Of a DNA stretch of 64,000 nucleotides, positions 11,699 through 25,021 are shown one piece after another; the first letter of the stretch is position 1, and every line of letters starts with the position of its first letter. The stretch comes from Diplonema japonicum (Eukaryota; Protista; Euglenozoa: Diplonemea). The notes under the pieces are model-generated. The model was not told where the DNA came from and did no database searches. It was given only the letters and a program-made list of their open reading frames with translations. A program made the translations under genes and the position numbers. The DNA lies in the NCBI GenBank assembly GCA_964019335.1, contig OZ025692.1, forward strand, positions 480,568-544,567. The letters are read 5' to 3'.

Positions 11699-12545
11699 CC
11701 TTCTTTTCTTTTCTTTTCTTTTCTTTTCTTTTCTTTTCTTTTCTTTTCTTTTCTTTTCTTTTCTTTTCTTTTCTTTTCTTTTCTTTTCTTTTCTCCCATA
11801 CTTTCCACAATGCGAGGAACCCTTCATCCCGCGCCACCCTAGTGATGGTCCCCGACACCGAGCTGTAGACGAGAGGCTGGTTCTGCATCCTTGTTTTGGT
11901 CATGAAGAAGGGCATCTTGGGAATGGAGGCCAAGAATCCCATGAGAGAGCCTGACATCACATCCTGCGCGAGCTTCTCAGAAGACGAGGTAGCAGGTGGG
12001 AGGTAGTCCTTCTGCATCTTGTGGACGCCGAAGAAGAAGGTGGAGTTGAAAATGCAGTTCCTGATACACATGGCACGGTAGCCGGAGTACAGTGCGAGGG
12101 GGCCTTCCTCCCTCAGAACTGTGGCGAAGCAATGAAAGGTGTTCCGGTAGCGGTGCATGTGCATCGCAGACATGAGACGCACTTTGCAAACTTCAAAGGG
12201 ACACACGAGAGTCGTCTCTGCTATACCGCTGCACAGCCCGCTGATAAAAACACCTCTTTCTGATAGGTGGCCACGTTCGTCTTGCAGTGCTTTGCTCACT
12301 TGTCTCTCACCCACGTACATTCCTATCGTAGCTGGTACTGCTGCCAAGACCTGTGGGCCCAGCCCCCTGTACATCGACAACACCCCCCCTTGCCTCCAGA
12401 TCCCCATGAACTCCTTCAACATGCTCGTTCTCTCTGTGCCCTCCCTGAGCATGCATCGTGTGGCTACAATGTCTATCGGTTGGCATGAGCAGTACTCGGC
12501 CACCCCTGCACACGCCCCTGCCGCGATCTCCTTAGCCAGATCCAT
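11570..12545 (-). CDS. Mitochondrial carrier (SLC25), 2-oxodicarboxylate-carrier-like; intron 11663-11801
   Basis: Three carrier repeats (PIDIVATR, PFEVCKVR, PFFMTKTR; MYRG, LYSG). Splicing restores LWK|GFVPCAIR. Confidence 0.88.
11666..11795. repeat. (TTTTC)n plus poly(T) microsatellite filling an intron
   Basis: Direct pentamer repeat. Confidence 0.95.
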
Positions 12546-14653
12546 TGAGAAGCACTAGCCTTGCCTCTCACCTGTGTCGGTTGGCATTGAATTTATATTT
12601 TTATTTAAAAAAAAAAAAGAAATGCAGATCTGACGCTTTACTCTTCTCGTAAAGGGAAGCAACAAAAGAAGAAAAGTCGGAGGGGGGGGGAGGAAACAGG
12701 GGAAGAGAGAGAGAGAGGGAAAGAGAAGAGAGAGATAAAGAGGGGCTTTTTTTTGTTCTTTTTTTTTCCCCCAGTCCCTTTTACTTTTTTTTTCTCGATC
12801 GGAAGGCGTTTGGTATGCGGGGCAAGACACGCCGTACGGTGCCTCCGCTTGCGCCTGTGGTGACTGTAGAGGTGAGAGGAAATGGTGATTGGTGATTTTT
12901 TTTTTCTTTTTGCTTCGCGTTTTCTCTTCTTTATATCACCCTCTCCGAAAACTCAATTGTTAATCATCGTTGCCACTTTTTTTTGCCTTCTCTCTTTTTT
13001 CTTTTTCTTCTTTTTTTCCCCCCCCCTTCCTTCTCACCCAATTCATTTCTTTATCCCATATATCTGTTTCCATTTTTTTTTTCTTGCAGACTAAACTAAT
13101 TACCAAAAGGGGGGGAGAAGAAGAAATAAAAGAAGCTGAAAAAATAAAATGTAAAAAAAGAGGAAAAAAAATCAAGGTATATGTAGAGGGGAACAGGCTC
13201 CCTTTCGCTATTTGTCGAAGGGCACATGGGCAGGGGACTTTGCGCTTAAAAGTTGCTACCCACTGTCATCTATGAGCTTTTCCCGAACATCGCTGGAAGA
13301 TGGCAGGTCCAGCAGGTGAGCCCAAGAAAAAGGGAAAAAAAAGGAAAACAGAACACAGGAGCAACATAAGCAAACTAAGCGGCTGCTGAACAGAGCCGCA
13401 CACAAAAAAGAAAGGGGGGGGGGGGGGGGGGGGGTGCGGGCGGTGCATAAAGGGGTTTAAAGGCGCAATACTTTTCGAGGAAAGCACCCAGTTATGGGAA
13501 TACAAAAAGAGAAAAAAAACCCCCCAAGATCACGATCCTTTGGAGAAGAGGGATAATGGGGCAGGGGGGGGAATACAACAAAAAGGGGGGGAATAAAAAA
13601 AAAAGGGATGTAGGGGACAATGTTGAAGATCAATGGTTGCTTTTACACATAAAATATTTAGCTATTTATTACCAACAAATTAAAAGCCATAATTTAACTC
13701 GGGTTTCCGAATTTCAAAAAAAAAAGGGGGGGCGGTAAAGGGGGGGGAGCAAAACGGTAACGAGTTAAAGTATGGCTCATTTGGCGACAAGTAAGTTGTT
13801 TTTCTTAGTACACCCTTTCGTCATTTTGCGTCACTCGGATCTTTTTTTTTCTTCTTTTGCTTGAGGGGTCTAATTTTCTGCTTTACTTTAAAAAGAAAAT
13901 GCAAGGATCCCGCCGGATGACTTTATAACGCACGCACCCGAGCATCTTGTGAACCCTTATTTATATTTTTATTTTTCTCAGAAGGTTTTTTTTTTCCCCC
14001 GGATATTGTAATTCTGATCCGTGGTAAAGTGAGTGAATGGAAAAAAATGGCAAAAAAAAAGGGGTGTAGAAAAAAAAAAAAAGGAAAGACATGAGTTGGG
14101 GGGGATGCTGATGCAACTGGCAGCATCATAATAATAATAAAACAAAAATAAAAAAAAGTATCCCTTCAGTTTCTTTTCGAAGCCAGCACCTCCTCAAAAG
14201 GGAAATATTTCCACTGGAAGGGTCCCTAAGGAAAGGTAAGGCATCACCTTAGAAATCCGAAGCGTAAAAAAAAAAAAAAAAGAAAGAAAGAAAATCATAA
14301 ATAAAAAAAAGAGTGCGTGCATAGCATCTATTTGTGCACACAGCACGGTAGGGGGTGTGTGCTGCATGCCACCACTACTCTTTTAATTCTCACAGGAAAC
14401 TGAGCCTTACTTGTCGGGAAAGAAGAAAAAAAAGAGATTTTTGTTACATTCTTTGTACACCCTCTTTTTTTTTTTTTTTTTTCTTTTTTTTTTTTTTTGT
14501 TTCACATCCCGCACTCCCCCTCATGAGGCCTTCGCTTACATCACTTAAAACGAAACGATTCGACCTCAGGGGGGCAGGTCACGAATAATATAAAAAATAG
14601 AGAGAAAAAAAAAATAGGTGCATCTCGCACCTTGGCGGGCCTCATAGGGACTA

Positions 14654-15522
14654 TCATGCCAAGTCACCTTCTTGCACCGCTTCCCACAAGCTCTCCCATT
14701 TCATGTACTCGACATGCCCGTCCTCTGTCGGCTGCCCTCTACCGTTGGGCGATGCTGCTTGAGTGGCCACCGCTGCCTGTTTTGTGTTTGGTTGATGTGT
14801 GTGTTAAGCATACTATCTCTGTGATCTCCTCCACAGAGAGGGCGTCACCGCATAGTTCCTTCAACACTTCTTCGAACTGATGCCTTGTGACGCACCCTGT
14901 CCTGTGGTGTGGTGTGGTTTTAAAAAAGATTTCTTTTTTTTCTTGCATACTTTTTCTTATCGTATTTTCTGAATGCGCCCTGCACCTCGTCGCCTGCGGA
15001 CTCTTGCGACCCGAAGTTTGACATCATGAGCAGCAGGAACTCCTCGAACTCAATCTCGCCGCTCCCGTCGTCGTCCACCTCTCTTATCATCGCCTCGATC
15101 TCCTCCTTGCTCAGGTCCTGCCCGAAGGATGAGAACACGTTCCCTAGCTCCTGCATGTCAATGGAGCCTGACCCGTCCGTGTCGAAGGTGTTGAAGCACT
15201 CCTGCAGTGCTTGGATCTGGTCGTTCGACAGGGGGCGCATCCCTTGCGATTTGATCTTTGCCTTTAACATTGAGAACTGGTCCTTCCCGTCCACTTCCAC
15301 ACTCCTCAGCCAGTCCACAAATTCTGCCAGATCCAGCTCCATATCCTCTGTGTTCCCTGCCGCCACAATGCTCTCCCTCAGCGCCTCGTCCGACATCTCA
15401 ATGTTCATCTTCCTCGCAAGCATCTTGAACTCCATGAAGTCGATCTTACCACTGTTATCCGTGTCGAACTGGCGGAACATCACCTCGATCCCCTTCATCT
15501 GATCATTTGTGAAGTTCTCCAT
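14654..15522 (-). CDS. Calmodulin/centrin-like EF-hand protein (about 6 EF-hand positions); introns 14902-14950 and 14777-14813
   Basis: DTDNSGKIDFME, DTDGSGSIDMQE and DDDGSGEIEFEE loops. Splicing restores YDKKKTGCVT and ends ...WEAVQEGDLA*. Confidence 0.88.
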
Positions 15523-15657
15523 TCTTTTTTTTTTTTGTTTCCTGTATTATACTTTTTTTTTTCCTCTCCCTTCTCTATTCTTGATATAGAAAAACATGGG
15601 CATGGGTGGTGCCGCTTTTTTTTTTTTTTTTTTTTTTTCTTTTTCTTTTTGCTTGCT

Positions 15658-15696
<39 letters not shown>

Positions 15697-15820
15697 ACGA
15701 AACAACATAACTATCGAGTAACTACTTTCGCCAAGAAGTCTTCTTGGGAATGGCCAAGGCGTAGGTGGCAGCATGTCTAATAATCTATCAGCACGCACTG
15801 CTATGAGTTGCTATGGGTTG

Positions 15821-17950
15821 CTATGGGTCGCTCTCTTCGCCGCTGTACTGCAAATCATCATCTTCATGTTCACGCTTCTTGGGCTCTCTGATTGTCCCTG
15901 TCGGCTGGCTCTCCTCCACGCTGTCACTATGCGACATGCCCCCCTCACAGCAGGGTTCCGTCTGCATCCCTGTGCTGACTGTGCTGACAGTGCTGATACG
16001 ATGCATCAAGGGCACCTTGTGGCAGTGCAGCGGCGAGAGAGGCATTGCTGATGAAGGCGATGGTGTAGTGCCAGCAAGCTGTCTCATAAAAGCACGTCTC
16101 CCAGAAGGAGACATGGGTGGGGAAAAGCTTTCCGAAGTGTCACTCGGAGACATGTTGGAATCGAAGACAAAGGAGTCTGTCTGTGGTATGGACAGGGCGT
16201 CAAGAAGGTCGTCCTCCCGTGTCCTGGGTCCTGAGGAGGTACCAGGCTTTCGCGAAAAGCGGTGCTTATCCGGAGCGGGGGGCAGCTCGAAGACCTTCAT
16301 CGGCATTCTGTGAACATTTCTTGCTTCCCGTGGGAAAGCAGGCCTTGCCCTAGGGCTGGCCCACCGCAGGTTCATCTCAGGAGACGATGGCGCAGTGGAC
16401 AAGGGGCTTGGCGCCACATGCAAGTTGAGCGGCGACGAAAAACCCATGACACCTGCCACCAAAGGGGCGTCGAAGGGCGGCTGCGCTGGGGCTTTGGCTG
16501 GTGTCCATTTAGAAGATGTTGTTATCAACGAGGAGGCGGCGGATCCTTCAAGACCTGTGTGTGTGTTCTAGTGTGTGGTGACGTTACCTTGTCTCCCGTC
16601 ACACCTCAGTGTTTCAACCTGGCACCGCGCATCGATCAGCTCGTTTTCGAGCTCCTGCTTCTCGTCCACAACTTCGTTCAACGTGTACTTCAAATTCCCC
16701 ACCTCCTCCTGCAGCCGTATGATAGTGCTCTCCAGTGGTTCGCTCTGCTCGTCAGTTCCTTCATCGGATTCCTTCCATGCAGCAATGACTTCCTTTATAT
16801 TGCTTGTGCTTGGGGGCCCCTTCGCTCCTGTTGAGGTGACCACCAAGCCCTCTTGCCTCTCGGCTTCCTCTTCCCACTTTGTTACAAGGTGTTCTGCCCT
16901 CTGCGAGTGCTTTGTGCCATGTAACATCTCTTGAATTAGTTGCAGTTTCAGGTTAGCATTTGTGCCCCAGAGCGCAACTATCGTGTCGCCTAGCGCCACC
17001 GCCGATTCTTTGCTTCGCGCCATCTGCTCGCGCAGAACTTTGATGTCCGCTTCCAGCACTGCGATGTGCCCCTTGCTGATCTCCGCCAGCATCTCCTGGG
17101 GGTCATGTCCCATGCTCCGCTCGAGTTCCTCGGACACGGCGTCGCTCCTGTCGGTCGGGTAGTTCACCGACTCTTTTTCTTCTTTGTCTTCGTTGCTGTC
17201 CAGCTGCCGCCTCAGTTCGTCCACCTGCTCCTTTAGCGTCTCTATCGTGGCCCTGTCGTCAAGGTTCTGCTCCTGCGAAACGGTGAGCATCTTCTCGAGG
17301 TCGGCGCTCTTGTCGTGAAGGACTTTGACTTCTATGCTGCGCTCTTCCTGGTCTTCTGTCTGCACGGCCATCTGCTTCAGTGCCTCCGACGGCCTTTTCA
17401 AAAGGAATGAAGAACTTGTCGTGAGCTTCGCTTCGTATGTTGCGATCAGTCTTTTGTGTGCAGTTTCTTGGAAGGTGTGCTGTGCGTGGAGGTTGTTGAC
17501 GCAGTCCACAGCTTGGTTCACGATGGCTGGCAGAGTAGTGGGTAGAGGAGTAGCGGGCAGGGTAGCGGTAAGGAGTTCAGTGAGCTTCTTGAAGCACGTG
17601 TCGATGGTGTTGGTGAGTTCGGTGTTGCTGCGTGAGAGAAGGCTGTTGTCGTGGCGAAGCTTTGCGTCATCAGGTTTGCTTGTGTGGATGGTGTTCAGTG
17701 CTGACGCTAGTTCGTTCCCGTGCAGGACTACACGTAGCAACTCGGACTCTCTCTCCTGGAGCAGTGCCACAGCGTTCCGCAGGTGCCCCAGCAACTCCCC
17801 TTCACCCACTTCACCATTCTCTGCATCAAACACAACATCCTGCAAGTCAGCAGTTGCATCGAAATTTAGATTCATAAGTGCCGGCTGCCATTTAGGCAAC
17901 TCCACCTGCTCGACATCACCTTGCCACTCGTCAGGCGAGTCTGTCAGCAT
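15821..17950 (-). CDS. Coiled-coil protein with Ser/Pro-rich tail; intron 16555-16587
   Basis: A 33-nt GTAACG...CACAG intron joins the 460-aa and 235-aa ORFs in frame. Confidence 0.7.
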
Positions 17951-18530
17951 GTGATCCTGAAGGCCTGCGTAGGGTGTGAGCTGAAACTACCATATATATT
18001 TGTTGGGACTCAAAAGGACAGGAAAAAGGCAGTGGGTGGGGCATAGAAAATAAAAGAATAATGGTGGGGGGGGTTGTTATTCTCACATAGAAGAAAAGAA
18101 AAAAAGTGGGTCAAAAAAATAAAAACGGGAGAGGAGAAAAAAAAGGGGGTGGTGGTTTCTTCAAACAATAACTGGATACCAATTCAACAAAAAAGGAGAA
18201 AGAAGAAAAAAAAAGAGAACTCTTATTCAGTTCGCCCTCTGCCGTCAGCAGCCTTGCGAGAGAATGACATGCGCGTCTAGCATTGGCACCGAAGCCAGCT
18301 GAAATGAACAGATGAAGAAGGGTAGGAAGATAAAAGCAGTCTGTAAGAAGATCTTTTTTTTTTTTTTTTCCACTGTCGGAACCAAATTAAAAACAACACG
18401 AAGGGATTTTGACTCGTTTTTTCTTTTTTCTTTTTTTTTTTTTTTTTTTTTCTTTTTTGTTTTCCTTTTTTTCCTTCCTTTTCTTATCCGTTTATTGTAT
18501 TTGTTTCTTTTCCTCCCCACTCTCGCCACA

Positions 18531-21500
18531 CTAGTCCTCGTTCCCACTGCTGTCATCCGCGCGCTGCACATCAATCTCGGCCAGTGTGCCAGCGAAGACA
18601 CCCAGATTGTGCGAGTGCCACTGGTCCTCAGGTGAAGCAGGACCCTCATCATCGTTTTCTTCGACATCGATATCATCCAGTTTGATGGGTTGTGTGAGTG
18701 CACCAAAGTGTTTCTGTTCAATATCGCTCGCAATTTTTCTTGCGTAGAACCCTCGGTAGTACTCAGGCACCTGTTAATAAAAAAAAAATAATAATAATAA
18801 TAAAAAGGCGCATGGGTTTGTATTGACAAAAGAAAAAAAGAATATTTTACCTGCTCCATAAGCGAGTGCACTTTTTCCATCGTCTTCAGTGCCGCCTGTG
18901 CTGTCACCAAGTCCTTGTTCCCGTACAAGTCGTTCTTCTCGTAGGCCTCGGGACCCAGGTGCCGCCACGCGATGTTGATGCCGACAGATGCCTCCTGTGC
19001 CCACGTACTGTGGAACCACAACGCTGGGATGAACAAGATGTCCCCTGGTTTTAAGGTCACCAACCTGCTCTTCTTAAGCGCCTTCTGCACCAACGGGTAC
19101 TTCGTGTAGTCGCATGATGTGACGTCCCCAGCCAAGGACGAGCTGCCTTCGATGTACAAATTACCTATCTCATCAGGCGGGAAGAGCAGCACCTGTTTCG
19201 TGCCCGAAATCTGGAACAGGCACCCGTCTGTGATGTCGTAGTGGCACCATATCACGATGTCCTTGGAGGCGATGCGCAAGGCGCTCGAATGGACCCCCGC
19301 CTCCTTCACACTCTGCAGGAACTGCGGGGCTTTAAAGTCACCCGCAATCTCGGGCATCGTGCTCCAGAAGTCTGCAACGTCCTTCCGCATGTTCTTCCCC
19401 ACGCTTCTGTAGTAGTAATACTCCTCGCTGTTCTCGTTCAAGATGGTCTGCTTCAGCAGGTTCTCAAATGACATCACCTCAAACTTGTAGTTCCGAGGGT
19501 GGAAGGTGAGACGTGGCGACTCGCATATCGAGACGCTCGCCTCGCGCCCTCCCATGACGCTGCGCAGGTACTCGTAGTTCCACTTGTCAACACACGGCCC
19601 GAAGTCAGCTTTCATGACAACAGGCTGCCTCTTAGGATATATCAGATTCTTCCATTGAGCTTCAGTCACACCCTCGAGGCGCGGCACCGTGTCGCTCATC
19701 CTGGTGGCTGCCGTGAAAGCCTTGCCTGCAGCAGACGACATGTCCAGAACAGCGATCCTCGCCTGGTTCCAGAAGGTGCCGTACGACAGACAGTGCGAGC
19801 CACCACCCAGGGCGAGGTACGTGTTGGGCTGTATCTGTATCAGAGAGTGTTTCACAAGAAGTGTAGAGTTCCCCCCACCTCCCTCGGCAATCCCCACCTC
19901 CACATAAAGCGGCTTGCAGAAGCCCTTGTTCCCGTCAATGGTGATGAGAAACGCCTCAGCGTCCCCTACGCCACCATTTCTTTCTTGCGCCGTGCTCCCC
20001 CCTAGTACCAAAATCCCATGAGTTCCCACTGCAGCTGCATGGGACATTCTGGGGCTAGGCACCCACCCTGCGAACGTAATCTCGCGCCACGTCACTGTCT
20101 TGGGGTCGAACACCCACGTGTCATTGAGCAGCTTAAAGTCTGCGCCCATACCGCCGTGCAGCACGCACTCCCCAGACGACACAGTGAGCGAGGCAGAGTG
20201 TCTTGCGGGAGGTAATGTCTCCAGGGTGTGCTTCTCCCACACACCCGACTTGTAGTACCAGCTGTCGCCCAGGATAACACCGTTGTTTGTGCCACCGAAA
20301 AGCAGGACTGTCCCTTCTTCGACCGGCACCATCACGTGGCGCCATCGCGACAGCGGCAGCCCCGTGTCGACCTCCTGTACGGTCCATTCCAATGTGCTGG
20401 TGTCCAGGTTATACACTTTGTTGTCGCAGGGTGTGCCTTTGGAGGTACATCCACCAAAGAGCATCATTGTATTATCATCAACCATTGCCGCTTGGTGGAA
20501 CTGTCTTCCTTCGGGGATTGCGCCCGACTGCATGGGGTGCCCTCTTTTGGGCTTTGCGAGGCGCAGATCGATGAGCACCAAGTTCGAGTCGTGGTAGACA
20601 ATTGCGATGTCATTCGCGGGACGGGACACCACCGAGTGCCCAACCCCTAAATAGAACTCTTTGAGCTTCCTGAAGAAGTGCAGACGGCTTGAAGGGGGTG
20701 ACGCACAACACGGGGTAACTACAGGCGCACCTGTGTGCAAGGTGCTGAACGTCACAGTGTGCGTGACTGCCTCGATGACGTCCTCCCAGTCGGTGAAGGG
20801 CTCGATCTTTTGGACTCTGGTGCGCTCGTTGACGTCGCACAAGAAGATGTCAAGCCTCTCGTAGGCAGTGGTCACAGGGACGGTAAGACCGTGGTGTTCG
20901 AATCTCTCTGTCACTGCCTCTAGTGAAGGGTATTTTTCGATGCATTTCAACGGACGACCGGACTTGCTACGTGCAGCACACATGAGCTGACCGTATGTGT
21001 CTCTGGGGCAGATCTCATCCCACCCGATGATGTGAGCGTCCTTGAAGGTAGCGATCCACTTCAGCAGCTTATTCCCTTCTGTGTGTGTCCGGCTGAGTAC
21101 GCCGTCCAGAATAAAAAGAGTGGATGTGTTCGTATCGATGTTGGGGAGAGATGAGACCGTGCCGTAGGCATCGATCGGCAGAGGGAGCAAGTTGTACCCA
21201 GACGGCAAGGGGGGTGATATGAGGCTTTTCTTACGTTCAATAACCTCAGGTTCGTCGATATCGTAGCACTGCAAGCCCTCGCGGGCCGTGCAGAGGCAGC
21301 ACGTGTCAAAACCAGCACCAAAGTGAAGAACCTGACCTGCCTCCTTACTCACAGCCCACTGCTGAACACTCCCCCTCAAATACTGTGCCTTCAGGTATTG
21401 ATATATGTGGTTGTGCGGGTTTTGCTTCAACTGCTTCCTCACAAACTTCTTAACATACTTATCTTCAAAATACTCCAACTCTGCGGCCCCGCACATGGCT

Positions 21501-21667
21501 TGTATCCCGTCGTCCATTGTTTTCATGTCTTCCAATGACGTCCTTTGGCACCGTGCCACTTTCTTCGGCCCTTTGTACGCGCCCTCTCCTCTGGGTTCGC
21601 CTTTCTTCTGGGTTCCTTGTGCCAAATTGCTTAGGGGTTTATAATTTTTACCCAGCATAGTGTTCAT
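18531..21667 (-). CDS. LCM methyltransferase-Kelch-JmjC fusion (TYW4/PPM2 plus TYW5-like wybutosine enzyme); intron 18771-18850
   Basis: FGAGFDT and EPFTDWE (LCM), repeated R..H and GG Kelch blades, and JmjC WCHYD...PALWFH plus the TYW5-like YEKNDLYGNKD and PEYYRGFY. Confidence 0.85.
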
Positions 21668-21899
21668 ATGATCATTAGTAGCTGACTTTGAGTTGTGATC
21701 GTCTTGTTTGGTTTGCAGCTTGATTGACTCCTATCCTATGGTGAGGTAGCGGGTTCCAGATCGAGAAAGAAGGGAAAAAAAGAAAGAAAGAAGCCCAACC
21801 GGCTTGTTGCCATGCTGGGGTGCAGGTGGTTATACATGGCACGCACTTTTTTAAAAACCCTTTTTTGTTTCCCCTCCCCCACTTGCAACCCCCCTTTTA

Positions 21900-23667
21900 T
21901 CACGCCACAACGACGACACGAGTCTGGTTTGCAAAGCCTTTGCGGTGAGCAACGTTGGGCCCTGCGTGGACCACGATTAGCTTGTCCCCTGATTGAGCCA
22001 AGCCTGTCTTGATGGCAAAGTCAGTGGCGAGTTTTACTTTCTCCTCACGGTCTGCCTCACTAGCAGTGAGCTCGTTCTTTTCAACAAGAAGGGGTTTAAC
22101 AAATCTGTGCAGCAGCAGTTGCCTCGCGGTGCGCTCTTCTGTGGTGACTGCGATGATAGGACAGGGTGCCCTGTACTTGGACATCATCCTCGCAGTGTTT
22201 CCGGTGGACGTCACGGCGATGATGGCCTTGGCCTGCAACTCGAATGCACTATTTACAGCACCGCAAGCAATGGTTTCTGCAATGCTGATAGGTATCTTGC
22301 GCAGCCCTTTAATGGAGTCGAAGAGGTTCTCTTCTCTGTTTGCTGCTTGTGCTTCGACCGTTATTTTGTTCATCATTGTCACGCACTCTTTCCTGAAGGA
22401 CCCCTTCGCTGTTTCCCCGCTGAGCATCACCATGTCAGCACCGTCCAGCACCGCGTTGGCAACATCGTTAGCCTCTGCCCTCGTGGGCCGCGGGTTGTTT
22501 GTCATGGACTCAAGCATCTGCGGGTGCTTTCACAATTTTTATGTGTGTATACCTGTGTTGCGACAATGCACGGTTTGCCTTTCACGTTGCACTTGCTGAC
22601 CATCATCTTCTGGGCAACAAATACCTTCTCGATGGGGATTTCTGTCCCAAGGTCGCCCCTGGCCACCATGACACCGTCTGCTTCGTCGAGAATCTGAAAG
22701 GTAGTTGATTGATGTTCTTCAGAGTTGTCCGTACCTGGTCGAAGTTCTGAATGCCTTCGTGGTTCTCAATCTTCGCAATGACCTTAATGTCATGGCCCCC
22801 GTTCTCCTCTAAGCACTGTCTGACCTCTTTCACTTGGCTGGCCTTCCTGATGAACGATGCAAAAATCATGTCGACGCCCTGCTCCGCTGCGAACTTCAGA
22901 TCGGCTTTGTCCTTCTCGCTGACGGCAGGGAGGTCCACCACGACATGGGGGAGGTTCACCCCACGCTTGCTTGCGATGATGCTGGGGTTCACAACCACAG
23001 TGTTCAGGAAGTCGTCACCGATCTCCCTGATTTCCAAAGCAAGCAGCCCGTCGTCAATGAATACCTGCTGTCCTACATTCATCACTTTCGTGATGTTCTT
23101 GTAGTCTACGTACAGCACCTCGAGGCTTCCCTTCTCCTTGTACTGCTCGTCTGTGCTGAGCTTCAAAGCGTGTCCAGTAGGCAAATCAAGGGTCCCACCG
23201 TTCTCGATGTTCCCTGTACGGATCTCAGGTCCCTTCGTGTCGAGAGCCAGGGCAACGGTGACTCCCAATTCCTTTGCAGCCTGTCGTGTGTTGGCAATGG
23301 TGGAGCCATGGAAGGCGTGGTCGCCGTGGCTGAAGTTCATCCTGGACACGCTCATGCCCGCGTTGATGAGCTCTTTGAGCTCCTCCACAGGCTGCGACAC
23401 AGGCCCGATGGTACAGATGATGCCAACGGCTTTATTTAGGACAGCGTTGTCCTGGTAGATATCAAGAGCCATGTTGTGGTCCAGCTGCGTGCCTCTTCTC
23501 TTGCTAATTTGCATCCTTTGTTGCAGGGACTGTTTTGCAGCCCAGTCGGCGATCCCCACCAATGGATCATCCGGTCTGTGCTTGCCAAGGTGCTGCAGAA
23601 GCTGCTCAACAAGGCCCCCTACGTTGTGCTTCTCGATGTAGGCCTTCGTCTCATCATCGGCAGGCAT
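21900..23667 (-). CDS. PYK: Pyruvate kinase with an N-terminal Dpy-30/RIIa-like domain; introns 22694-22734 and 22518-22552
   Basis: [41 protein letters not shown]|MLESM, PTRAE and MLSGETAKG. The C-terminal GFANQTRVV resembles kinetoplastid PK. Confidence 0.95.
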
Positions 23668-23722
23668 TTTGAGTGTCTCGCGTGATACGTAGCAGAAGCA
23701 TTTAATAAAAGCAAATACCAAC

Positions 23723-24920
23723 TTAACCCCACCCTCCTAACTCCTGTGTGTACTCCCACCTGTGTTCGTTGCTTCCTGTTGTCCACATACTTGGTGCCCC
23801 GCAACATCCACACATGTGTTTGTGGCGTTACAACACCACCCCATTTGTTGCCCCATGCTGCTGTCTCCTCCGAGTCGCCCACGAACACTGCTTTGTGCAT
23901 GGCCTCGTATGACCTCCACCAGCGAGCAGTGGCCGGTTTATTCCTGTTTGTGTTTAAGGTGTTTCGTTTTGCATACTGCTTAGGAGTGTCTTTTAGGAAC
24001 TTTGCAAGATCCTTGACCTCACTCTGGTCACCGTGGCTGTTGTACCACGGTTTCCAGGAACCAGACAAATGGTCGGCGGGAAGGGATTTTATGGACACCA
24101 CACGTCCCGAGATAAAGTACCGCATTACTAAACCATCTCTGGCGTTGGGCCCCCGAAAGCCCCACCTGTCGGTCTTGTTGGTGCGCACTGCATCGTAGAA
24201 GCGGACAAGGTCCGCCATGATGCCTGCGTCTGGGCGCATCACCATAGTGCCCGTCGCGAAGTAGCCCTTCGAGGACCCCAGAGCGGCTATCCAGTAGTGG
24301 TCGTCGGGCAGCTTGATGGAACGCAGCAGGTCCGTCGAGCTAGAGGTGAGCACCATGTCGGCATCGTAGAAAATGATGACCTGATACCTAACTAGCGACC
24401 ACAAGTAGAATTTATCAAAGGTGGTGCCCCAAGGCGTCTTCGCCACTGTGTGCGCCAGGCTCTTGTTCACGAGAATGATATCATCGAACACCTTGCGCAG
24501 CCTCAGAGTGTTCCCAGCTGCGATCTTCGGGGACACCAACGCCCCAGTACGGCACCACTTGCCCTCACCGCACGCTGAAGTTTTGCCTGCACTGTAGCCC
24601 AACACCAAAGCACCATCGACGTACTTGTCGTTCCCCACGAAGGTAACTAACCCTACGCCCTTTTCTTTAATGGGCTTCAAGACCCCCGAATCGCGTATGG
24701 TATACTTCTTCCTATTAAGCCAAGGCTTGTAAGGTGCTGGGGTCGCGATAGGTAGGATAGGGGTGTCAACACTGCGTTCTTTTCTAGACATGCCGTTGAG
24801 CATGGAATGGCTGCCTGTCCACATAACTAACGAGAACAGTACCAACAGGAAGACCCCCCTCATCCCAGTGGGCCGCATTGCTCGCTTCTTTGTACTTTGA
24901 ATAAGTAACTCTTCTTTCAT
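23723..24920 (-). CDS. GT8 (glycogenin-like) type II membrane glycosyltransferase; intron 23760-23790
   Basis: N-terminal TM helix, YVDGALVLGYS and FDKFYLW...YDAD (DxD). A 31-nt intron gives a clean stop before PYK. Confidence 0.8.
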
Positions 24921-25021
24921 TCACATTTTGCTGGGAGGGTGTTTCTAAGTAGCAGCGAGAACAGAGGGTACTTCTGTTTTTTTTTTTTTTGAAACAATAT
25001 TACTAAGTTCGAAAGCATGAC

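Noticed and set aside
153-14600. Many short poly-Lys/poly-Phe ORFs
   Set aside because: They arise from A/T homopolymers in intergenic DNA.
23619-23722. Apparent overlap of the GT8 ORF with pyruvate kinase
   Set aside because: A 31-nt intron at 23760-23790 gives a stop at 23723.
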